From Aplysia californica (Eukaryota), in contig NW_004797603.1 of assembly GCF_000002075.1 (NCBI RefSeq), forward strand, positions 294,250 to 358,076: a stretch of 63,827 nucleotides of DNA, given 5' to 3'. The stretch's first letter is position 1. Each line of letters opens with the position of its first letter. Below the pieces are notes generated by a model, which did no database searches, was not told where the DNA came from, and saw nothing but the letters and a program-made list of their open reading frames with translations. The translations under genes were made by a program, and so were the position numbers. This document shows, piece by piece, positions 21,301 to 33,400 of this stretch.

Positions 21301-24300
21301 GCACAAATACACACACACACACTCTCATGCATTACCACAGACAAAATTTACTGGAAGGGGACTGTATTGCACAGATGATTGATCATTATGTGAATGTGGT
21401 GTTTGTTTTCTGAAATGCAATACTTTATTTTAAGTCCAGTCTGTAGCTGAGGTCATTTCCAAATGCATTGTTATGTTGGAGCATATTTTTAAAACTTTGA
21501 TTTTGACGTTCTCGTTTCTTAGATAGCATAGCAATGACCCTTTTGGTTTTTGTCCTGATTCCCAGAGATACTGATCCACCCTTTCATGATAATGAAGACA
21601 AGCAAATCGAAAAAAGTATCGCAGCAGGTGAGTCATAAGGCTTGGGTGATATTTTTGTTGTTGTCTCTTTTGCGCTTCTGTAAGTTATAATGGATGTGGG
21701 GGGGGGGGGCTATGTGTGCGATTGCTGGTGTATGTACAGGCCATCTCTTTCTTTCGTTTGCTAAGTTACCAAGTCAAAGCTGAGGCTGGGCCCAATGCAG
21801 AGAGTAATAATAATAATGTAGATCATTTCTATAGTGAACATATCTCTTGGCGCTTTTCATAAAAATGCATGTACGAACAATATTCACACACATACACACT
21901 CACACTCAATTTTGTCACTTTCATAAGTATATGTATTTGCTTTTTTATTCTTGCTAATGAGCGCATGCGCTGCTACATCTACTGCTTTCCTGTTAGTTTT
22001 GTTTTTATCCTTTTCTGTTAGTAGGCCTCAGAGAATTTATTACTGATATTACTGTAAGTTGCGAAGCCCCATCTCAGCTCTGTATATCTGAGGGAGTTGA
22101 TTGATTGCTCATAAATACATAAATCATACTTCTGTTCCTGCTTTTGTCTATGTTAATTATATCTAGTCATGATTTTTTTCAGAGCAGTTTCTCATTTATG
22201 GTCTTTTTCTTGTTGTTGTCATTCCTTTCTGTAATGCAAACAGGTCATTGATCAATGCTCTTGTGTGAATTCTACAACAACCTTACTCTCAAAAGCATTT
22301 CCCACGCAGTACATGGCCCTCATTGTGTCAGTGTGCCGCCGTGACGTTAGCTAGGTAGTTAGTGGGTGCTCTGGGGGGGGGGGGTTGTTTGCTCCTGAGT
22401 CCTTACAAACATCTATATTCCTTTTCTCTCCCCTTCTTCTCTTTGAAATGTTCTCTCTTGCAACAGTTCTAATCTTCAGCGCTTATATGACCCAATTATG
22501 TTGGAAGTGCCGTACAATTCTTACCCATCCTAAAAAAGAAAAAAAACCAACTGTAGACACAAGAATAAATATGAGTTGTTTTGTGATTGGTGGCTTTCAC
22601 CAGATGTCGGAGATGTCTCTGGACAGCGGCAGAGGCACCATCTCGTCCAACACCACAGGCAGTAGTGGGGCAGGGCGAGGCATGAGGCCCATGCCTGCCT
22701 ACCCCCTGCGATACGCGGCCCAGCACGCCCCACAAATCGCGGAGACGGAGGAGTCTCGGCACAGCCACGACTCGGGCTCCGAGAGCCAAGCTGGGAACAC
22801 CTGGTACAGTCACAGCTCGGCCAGCAGTGCAGCCGAACGTCACCCCCCTAGCCCACCAGTCAGGGAGAGGGACAGGTGTGTTGGAGCAAAGTTAGTACTA
22901 CTTGGCCGAGGCACCAATTTCAAGGATAAAACCGGCGATCTGGATTGTCCGGGTTTTGCCAGGCTTCAGACTGTTTTTCGCAAAGTTTTTATTATATTTC
23001 AATGTCTTTGTGCATTCCATATTGCACTTGATGCAAAGTTAGCCTTGATTCAAGATGTTTTAGACCTTATGATTTGTAAATTTACAGTTCCATGAACCCG
23101 TTTCCACAGGGTCCAAAAAGTTCAGGATTTTTTTCATAGTTGAAATTAGTGTCCATGTTGCACATGCTTTCTGATAAGGCCAAACCCAAAGCTATTGTTG
23201 CTGCATATTCTGTCTTGCCTTAATGCTCTTTAAAATTATCTTGTTGTTTGATATGCCATAATTATATTGTGGTATGTTGGGACATTTTGTTTATCTTTTT
23301 ATCCACTTGTTATGTTGTAATTTCTTGTCAAGTTACCAGTTGGTGACCTAATTTTTAGGGTGATACATTTCAATTTGATTATTTACTTTCCAAATCAAAT
23401 ATTACTGTTTTTAAGAAATAGAAGTAGAATTTAATTATCTATGGTGTGATTTATAGAAAACTTTGAAAGCGCTGTAGTTCTGAAAAAATTATATAGAAAG
23501 TTGTAATACAGTCAAGATTTGTTCTGTTTCATTTCTCCCTCAGTGAAACGGAGGAGGAGCTTCGTAGGACTCACATAGCCATGAAAGACAGAGAGAGGGC
23601 AACTGCTGCCCGACGGCTAGACCCCAGACCTGAAGGACATAGACGAGAGCCACCCGATGGGGGCTCGGACACACATAAAAAACTAGACTCGGTGGGTCAT
23701 TTATTTAGGAAATTTAGAAAAACTGTTTATGGGCACTAAGCAAAGAGGTTGTATTTAGTAAAAGATTTTGTGGCAGTGATTTCCCCCAGGTAAATGAATG
23801 GGGGCTGCGTGTGCCCACTCTGGGACGCTGAACCTCAAGGGCAAGACATGCGCAGTTCAACAGACAAGTGAGTACTCTTCGAGACTCACGTAGAGGCGTC
23901 TCGACTGACTAAGGAAGAAATCTTCAAATTGCACTGAAATATGGGGTCTGGGCGGTGTTTTATATACTAGAGCTTGTGGGGAGCTGGGTGCAGGCTGAAA
24001 TTATTCATGTAAGTGGGGACTCGCCAGCCATGCCTTTGAGGGTGGAAGGCCCCCATGTCTTACATGTGTTACGTCACTGCCGCAAGCTCTAGTATTATAT
24101 ATATATATCCTCTTTGGTACTAAGCTATTTATTTCTCCCTGTAGTCATTGGCATGGTGCTGTAAAGTTCCATTCTTTTACTCAGCACAAGTGTTTTGGCA
24201 GCATCTTGCAAGACTTCACTTGTTGTAAGGTTGTGTGTCCTTTTCCCATTCCTGTTGTGTATGTAAATGATGTTAAATAAATACCATAAGAGTGCATATC

Positions 24301-27300
24301 CCCTCTTGACAGCAAGTGCTGTGCAATTTACACTATTTTAACCCTCTAGCGTGTAACCCGGGAGAAACCGGGACTAAAAATAGAACCGCTACGCGTTTAA
24401 CCCGGGAGAAACCGGGCGAGATCTGACCCCACGCTGCACGGCCGACCCAGGAGAAACCGGGACGACACACCCCCGTGCATTCAATTTAACTTCTAACCAC
24501 AAAGAATGACTTCCCGTGTCTTTAAATAGTCATGATGTCATCTAGGATATTATGGGATACCTCCGGTCCAAATAAACCGCTAAACAGCTGGGGTTGAACG
24601 GTTTGCGCGTCTTTCAAAACACTCGCTGTTTCGTGACTCTGACTATCAGCTGCTCCGACCGACGTTCTCTACCTATCTACTGCTTTTTGAAAACACCACA
24701 CGATGGAGGAAGACAGAAGAAGTGACACAGAGCTTGATGCTGAGTCTGACATTGATGTTATAGACACGGAGGATGCTGTATTTGATGAGTAGGTAAGTGA
24801 AAAGTGAGTTTTTTGTTGTTGTGTGCTGGGAGAGGTGGACTGGAGATAGGCACACACAGAGGTCAACTAACAGCTCGCTATGGAGCATGATGCTTCATCT
24901 ATTCCTAGAAATGCTACACTTGAATTTCATTTAGATCTAGGTCTAGATCTAGTTCTCATGTTGAGAATGTACTGTTTCTAATAGTTCATAGATTATATTA
25001 TTTATATCTAGATTACCTGGGTCTAGAATTTTTTTCAAGACCTAAATCTAGCAGCCTTCCATGGTCAACTTTCTTGCTCTTTGTTCTTTCACTAGAATTC
25101 TAAGCCTACTGTTTACTTTGTGCCAAGTGCTCTACCTTCAGAATGACAATTACAATTCCATTGTACATTGGTTATATTTATAGATCTATACCTTTAGTTT
25201 TTTCGTTGCGAACATTATACTTGTACTTGGATCTAGATCTAGATTCTAGATCTAGATATCTAGTACTACACTTTGAACTAAATCTAGATCTAATCTAGTC
25301 TTTTCCGTGGCGAACATTCTTTGTTTTTTCACTTGCTTTTATTCGTGCGACTGCTCTACTTTCAGACTGACTAAATTATTACAATTCTATTGTACATGGT
25401 GTATCTTTTGTTTTGTATGAGAACTTACACCTGGATCTAGATCTAGTACTACACACTTTGAACTAGATCTAGATCTAGATTTAGTTAGTCAATCATGTTC
25501 ATGGTCAACCTTCTTTGAACATTCTTTCACTTTTGCTGTTTTCTTTGTGCCAACTGCTATACTTTCACTCTGACAATTACAAAATTATTTTACTTGTGTC
25601 TTATCTTCTGTTTACTCTTTTATTTTTCTGCAGCCTGAGGCTGGTGATNNNNNNNNNNNNNNNNNNNNNNNNNNNNNNNNNNNNNNNNNNNNNNNNNNNN
25701 NNNNNNNNNNNNNNNNNNNNNNNNNNNNNNNNNNNNNNNNNNNNNNNNNNNNNNNNNNNNNNNNNNNNNNNNNNNNNNNNNNNNNNNNNNNNNNNNNNNN
25801 NNNNNNNNNNNNNNNNNNNNNNNNNNNNNNNNNNNNNNNNNNNNNNNNNNNNNNNNNNNNNNNNNNNNNNNNNNNNNNNNNNNNNNNNNNGCCAGCAGTT
25901 GGACAGCAACTACAAAAGCGGAGATGAGAGCCTTCCTGGGCATCCAGATTATGTTTGGCGTTAGGCAGCTGCCTTGGCTCTGGTGTTACTGGAGCCAGGA
26001 CCGTCGCTTCAACAATCCTTGGGTTTCCTCCATCATGCCGATCAAGCGCTTCAAGGATCTCAGCAGGTATTTTCACTGCAGGGACAACCAGCACCAGCCG
26101 CAGCGTAGAGAGGAGGGTTTCGATCCCCTCTTCAAAGTGAGAAATGTGATTAACACTACAAAGGAAACATTCACAGCCTGTTTTCAGGCTGGCCGGGAGT
26201 TGAGTGTGGACGAGTGCATGGTAGGGTTCAAGGGTAGGTTGTCCTTCAAGCAGTACATGCCTGCCAAGCCTACTAAATGGGGGGTTAAAATTTGGACTGT
26301 GCGACTCTAAAACTGGATACTNNNNNNNNNNNNNNNNNNNNNNNNNNNNNNNNNNNNNNNNNNNNNNNNNNNNNNNNNNNNNNNNNNNNNNNNNNNNNNN
26401 NNNNNNNNNNNNNNNNNNNNNTGGGTTTTTTAATTCTTTGGACATCGCTGTGCATTTGTGTGCAAACAATACATATATGTGTGGCACCATCATGACAAAC
26501 AGGAAAGGGCTCCCTCCACTGATGAAGACAAAACTAAAAACTAGGGGAGATGTGAGGCAACTTCAAAAGGGCAATCTTGTTGCCACGTTACATCATGACA
26601 AGAGAACAATTTGTGTATTATCGTCAAATCAGATTGCTGGTGTTGCAGCAGATGGTCGGCCCCACTCACTTATCGACTACAACAAGTACATGGGTGGGGT
26701 CGACAAGTTCGACCAACAACTCTCGTACTACCCCGTTGGGAGACCTGGCAAAAAATGGTGGAGGTACATCGTTTGGCACCTCATCAACGCCTCCATCTAT
26801 AATGCGTATGTGTGTTGGAGCCACACTCCTCGTGACTATGTCGCAGCAAAGGGGTACGATCACTTGAGCTTCCGTGTAGATGTTGCCGAGGCTCTGGTGA
26901 ATGGTTTTAGCTCGAGGAAACTCCCCGGACGGCCTGCAACTATCCAGGGGACTGTGGCCCCGGAGAGTTTCCAACGGCATCACTTCACTCGTATTGCTGG
27001 GCGGCCTAAACAGTGTGTTTTGTGTAGTTTAGAAGCGAGGAAAACTCCAAAAGGCCGTCCAGTAGAAACGAGCTACAAATGCAAATTTTGTGAAGTTGCC
27101 CTCTGTAAAGTCATATGTTTTGGAAGGTACCATGAACTTGGCCTTGCCGTCCACAGGGCTTCTACGAGAACACAGAGAGTGACATTTTTTATCTTACCTG
27201 TAATGTATTTTTATACAGTTTACTTTGATTTTTTTTTTTCAATGTGTGTAGTATTAGTAGTATGTGAATTGGTGTTGTGTGCAAAAAGTTTATAGTGTTG

Positions 27301-30300
27301 TGAAATTGTTATATATGTGGACTTCGCAAGAACTGTACTGTAAGTTGGTTTTTACATTATTAAACTTTTCCTTTATTTCAATCCTTAGTTTTTCTTTCTC
27401 TGACTTTATACTTTATTGTAATTGTTGTTCTTTGATTGGGTATGCCATAAGGCCAGCTGGTATCATGTAATATGAACTAGTCTATTATTACTATTGCTCG
27501 GTGAAGATGACACTGCCGTGGGTATATCTGGCTCTTTATTTGGTATGGGTTGGGATTTTTCAAAGCCATTCAATGACTTAGCACCCAGGTGGTGATGAAC
27601 TATAAATTCTGTGGTCCTGCCTCTTAAAAACTGGTTTAGAGGTACAAATGCTTGTCATATATATCCACATTGTGACATGACAACATATTTGCACTTATAG
27701 GTGTGAATCAATGTGCTATAAATCTAATGCACACAAAAATAACACTTTTTAAATGACAGAATGTCATAGAGCATTCATTTCTCTGTTGTCATGAGAAATT
27801 TGAAAGTTGTAGATTGTATAGTGCATTTTAAATACATTTTTTCCTGAACCACCCTAGACAAAGCTGCCAGAAGCCAAAATAATGTAAACACACAAGGCAA
27901 GGTCAGCTGGGCAGGAAGTGGAACAGTGCAGTAGACATGGCTTATCAGTTATCTGCCCACTATAGGGTTAATACCCCATCTGACCCTAGACCACTCAGAA
28001 ACATTCTCGGTATCCTGGTGCAAGCAGCTGATGTATAAAGGATTCTTCTTCCAAATTTTTCTGCAAGCTGCAATGCAATTGTTGGGCTATGTTTTCTGGC
28101 TCCCATGAAGAAAAAGTGTTCTGTGTAGGAGAAAAAAAATTGTGGAAATATTCAGAGGGAAAGAGAAAGAAGAGCTTGTTGAATGTATATTTCTTTCCTT
28201 TTCCTCTGCTTGGTTGCACTTTATCATCATTATTATTATTCTCTGCTTAACTCAAAGCTCGCTTAAATGACTTAATGCAATTGTGAGCTCCGAAAAACTT
28301 TTACCAAATTGAAAGTAGCTCAAAACGGAATGTGGTAACTGGAATGTGCATTTTTATGCATTTCAGGGGAATAGGGATGGCATGGGTGTGACTAAAACAA
28401 AACGCAGCCCGGATGGTGAGAGGTACAAAGACCGGCAGATAGGGCAAGCGTTTGACCCCAGCAAGTACGAGGACAAGGTCGGCGGAACCTTCCAGAACTC
28501 GCCCAGCTCCAGCTCGTGGTCGGTCTCGGGCTCGATGCACAGCGCCCCTGCTGGCAGCCTCTACGAGCAGCACATTCAGCTTTTGGCGTCAGCCGCGCCG
28601 GGCAACGTGGTGAGCAGCACAGAGAGAAGCTGCGGGGGCCAGCCCCCACCCACCCTGCTCCCCGAGGCCCCCCGCCGGCCGCGACCCCCGGCCCACAACC
28701 CCGGTTCGGTCATGGTGGACCAGAGCGAGGTAGACTTCAGCCTGAACACCACCAAGAAAGTGCTGGATTTTGACTCGGACTCGAGAGTGAACAGCCTGTA
28801 CGGCTCACAGGCTCCTCAGGGGGGAGGGGGAGGTGGAGGCGGGGAACAGATGTACTTTGACCCGGCTGATCCGGACAGCAGACAGACCCAGGAGCTGCTC
28901 TACAAGGTTCACAACTACCTGGGCCAGCAGTGCAGGGAAGGGAAGAAGACGACTGACAGTGTCCCGGTGCAAGTAAGCAAATTTTAATCATTCTTGCCTG
29001 TATTTTTCTCAAAAGAAATGCGTATTATAACATCAGAGAGTAGAGCTGGGTCGCGAGAACGGAGCTGAATGGCCACTCTTCACTGCGGATCGCGATTCAC
29101 TTCAGCGAAACAGTATCGCCTTCTAATTCACTCCCCTGTCGCTGTCACCCCAGCGGCTTGTTTGTAACCTACTGCTGGGTTGTGAGTCGAGTCACGAGCG
29201 CAAAAACGGAACGGAACACTTAGTATGGCTCCCCTTATTTTACAAAAGATGGTATAGTCCAACCCCCCCCTATTAAAACAAAATGAACGGGTTCCAACCT
29301 ATAGACAGATAAAATTTTATGGAGCCATTGTTTTAGCGAATCAAGGTGGGGGGGGGTTATGGAGTCACTAATTGAGGTCAGTAGAGCAGCTCAACGAAGG
29401 GTGGGAGGCGGAGAGGATGGCGGGGAAACAAAAGTGGGACTCGCGAAGTGACGTTGATATGACACTGTTCTGTTCACGCATACAACGAGCCCGAGGCTTA
29501 GTGTTCCACGAGTGCTTGCAAACTCGCGATTCTTTGAAGCCGACTGAATCACGAAACCGCCACTCTCAGATTTGACGAGAGAGAAAGTTTAAGAGAAGTC
29601 TAAAGACACATTTGTTCAACTTTTTCCTCCACCATAAAATTTGTATGTTGTAATGTGTGTGGGTCTGGGGTTGTGTGTACGTATGTGTTGTTGTTGCTGC
29701 TGGTAAATAGTCTCATTATGTATATCTTTTGTCCTTTGATTTGTCAGGTAAGTTGAGAGATAACTGCATTGTACAGCACTCACACCCTCCAACTTAGAAC
29801 ACGACTGCCACAGTGATAAGTGACAGGGGTTGATGAATTCTCAGGAAGTACGGCATAGGTCGCTATTCATTCCTTTCTTTCTGCTATGCTGAAATTTTTC
29901 TTATGAAGTTTATAGTTGGCCAATTCTTGTTCCCTTTCATCTCAGGGTTTTCGTTAAAGAATTTACTGGTATATCTAATCTGTATTGGTTTCTTTTTTCG
30001 TTCACGAATGTTGTGTTTGTCTGAAACTTACTTTTGCAATTGTTGTTTCCCTTCAGTTCTCTAGTCCTGATGCTGCCCGAACACGGGTGCAGTTGTCGGA
30101 GAAAGAAGTTCAGCGCTGCGTTCTGGCCAGACCCGACCCGCGACAGGACAGCCCACGTGGCAGCGGGGCCAACAGGTACCAGGGTCAGGGGAAGACCGAC
30201 GGCGCGGACTGTGACAGTTTGACCAGTCCACTCAACACAGAGCGGCTCAGGCCTATCAGACAGCGGACCAAGAACGTAGTGGTAGGTAGTTCTAGTTTGT

Positions 30301-30348
30301 CGACTGTCACACGTCTCCTTTAAGAGTTAGAATTTATTCTTTACGTTT

Positions 30349-30408
<60 letters not shown>

Positions 30409-33400
30409 CTGGCACTGTGACATCATCAGTGGTCAGCGATGTGGACAGCATGCAGGAACTCAATACTCGCTCGGGAGGTCCTTGAATCGTGCTTATCGTG
30501 GGTTGTTGAAATGTCCCAGCAGATGTGTTTTGGCACGATAATTCTTTACATTGAAAGGGGGCCTCCAGTCATGGGGAAAAAGGCATCTCTCTCTGCTCAA
30601 GGCGAGAGCTTTGCAGTTTTAAAAACAGTTGTCTTCGCCTGAGACCAGCTTTTACAGCATACTGGAATTTTTAAAAAATAATTTGCATGCATAAGAACGA
30701 TGAAATCTGCTGTATCAATAATAATATAATATAACTGACAATGTACACAATCTGATAGATAGAATCGCCAGATGTATCAATGATATAAGAAAATGGATGT
30801 TCAAGAACAAATTAAAATTAAATGAGGATAAGACCGAAATATTATTTCTTCGTAGCAGCGCATGCAATGAAATCGACGATATCAGAATAAACATCAATGG
30901 CCACGAAATATCAGCCCAAACTAAAATAAAAAATTTAGGTGTGGTGCTAGATCAAGATATGTCAATGAAATACCATGTATCCAATCTTTGTAAAAATCTA
31001 TATCTCCAGCTGAAGAAAATAGGGAGCATTAGAAAATATCTATCTGTTGGTGTCACCAAAACTTTAATAACATCACTTATATTGTCAAGGATTGATTATT
31101 GCAATTCCTTACTGGCTGGTGTACCTGATGAACAGTTACAACAACTACAAAGAGTACAAAATATTGCTGCCAAAATAATTACTAAAAAACTAAAGCATGA
31201 TCATGTGACTCCTATTTTAAAAGCATTACACCTGCTCCCAGTGAAAGAGCGCATCATATATAAAATCTGTTAAACTTGCTACAAGTGCTTAAATGATTTA
31301 TCACCGGACTATCTAAAACAGCTTTTAACACCCTATGTGCCTCCTAGAACGCTCAGATCATCAAGTGACAAAACAACCCATGTTAAGCCTAAAATAAATT
31401 ACAAATCATATGGCCAACGCTCTTTTTCATATTTTGCCCCACTTGTTTGGAATAGGCTTCCAAAAACTATCAGAGAAGCAGAAAATTTAGAAATTTTTAA
31501 GAAGAAACTAAAAGCATTTCTATTTTCATCATATTTCGATTAGACAGAATCCATCCAAGCTGTAGATCGTTGTGAGTTTGTATGTGCGTATGTGCATATG
31601 TACGTATGTATGTGTGTGTGGTGCGTGCGTGAGTGAATGTGTTTGCACGAGTATGTAACACTATGTACCTTTAAAATTGATTTGTAAATCCATAATATGT
31701 ATCATGTTAAGCGCATAGAGCATTGCATAAGTGGATATGCGCTATATAAATGCAATCCATTATTATTATAATGACATCTACTCCTTTCAAGTGCCAGGCA
31801 ATGAAAAAAAATTATTTTACTAAACATGTCGATTTTTAAAAGCAATTATTTCTTATTATTCATTTCTCTAAAATTACAGGTGCACATCCTAGAGGACGGG
31901 TCTGTGTGTGTGGAGTTCCTCAAGCGCAAGGGACAGGAAGACAAAGTGATGGAGGTTTTGTCCATCTCGCACGATGGCTCGCAGGTGAGAATATATACTT
32001 TTAGGTATCGATGTGGAGTTGAGAATTATCGGGTGCTCTTGGCTGTTGATCGTGTGTATGATAAAGATCTGGATGGTCTTCTGTTGTTGCAATATTATGA
32101 TTCATTTAAGTGTATGGAGTCCTGAAGCTGTGCTGCTATCATTTTTCCATGCTCTGACTGGTAGAATTTTATCAGTAAATAAACACTAATCTTCATGAAA
32201 AGAAAAATAGGGTCTAGATTCAATGCAAACTTTGATTTAGAAAAAACAAAAAAGAATGATACAATTGAAATTTTCTTAGACAGCCACACCTTGTCTAGGA
32301 GAATTGTAGCCATCTCAGACAGGTGAATGTTTTACACAGTGTCATTATAATGTAAAAATAACGCAGGGGAGTAAATGGGAAGTGGCCGTTTGTGCAGGTG
32401 ATGGTCTTATACAGGTATCCATTAGAGCAGGTGTGTGATTGGCGGGTGCTCTGGTGTGGTTTGCTTCTTCTTTCCTGTCAAATATCTATCGTCCTTATCG
32501 CCCCTTCTTTTTTATGTTTGTTACACTCTTGTAACACCTCTGATCTTCTGGTGCTCATAAGAATCTTATGCAGTTGCGAGCGCCGTAAAACCTCAACTAA
32601 AACTAAGACTAACATTAGAGCAGGTTTGATTGTAAAATTGTTGTACCGATGTGTTTTTTGTTCAGGTGCGAGTGTTTCAGCCGGAGGATGGGAAAGGGGT
32701 CGTCGTGGTGGAGCAGCCACCTCCCCAGCCAGACAGGTGTAAGATGTTTGACTTCTCCTGCCTGCCTCAGAAATATGTCAAGAAATACTTGTATGCGGCC
32801 AGGTAAGTGTTTAGTGTACCTGTATTCAGCTAGGTAAGATTTTATTGTACTTGTGTGCAGCTAGGTAAGTTTTTTTACTTCGGGGGGGGGGGGTGCGATT
32901 TGTGCCTAGATTTCTTGAAATGGTTAATGGTACTTAGAAATGTATACTGTTTTCTCTGATGTGTTTTGTTCCTTGTTTCCTAAAAAAAAAGTATCATTCT
33001 TATCTCTCTTCTTTTTTTTTTTTTGTATGTTATTCTATAGTATCACCTTTAACCTTTGGATTTTATATGACCTATTTGCGTTGCAAATGTTGTAACTCTT
33101 AACAAAACTGTTTAGTTATAAACCAACCATTTTCTTGGAATATGCAAGTGTAAATATTTTACACATTTTTAGTGAGTAATGTTTGGTTTCATAAATTTGA
33201 AATGTCTCATGCAGAAAATTGTAAGAACAATAGTCTAGCATGATCATCATGAAATTTTTGGAACATGGAAATCTATTCATTTGTATAAATTTCACTCCAC
33301 TTGCGTTTAAGATCCATAGAATGTATATTAATTGTTTAAAATTCAGGACTTGAAAATCTATTCACTGTGTTTTGCTATGTAAGTGCTGCACTGTAATTAA

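Noticed and set aside
23829-23831. In-frame TGA (also 56949-56951) as selenocysteine or readthrough
   Set aside because: No SECIS recognised; the CTSA copy also has a frameshifting deletion of the catalytic His, so plain nonsense is more parsimonious.
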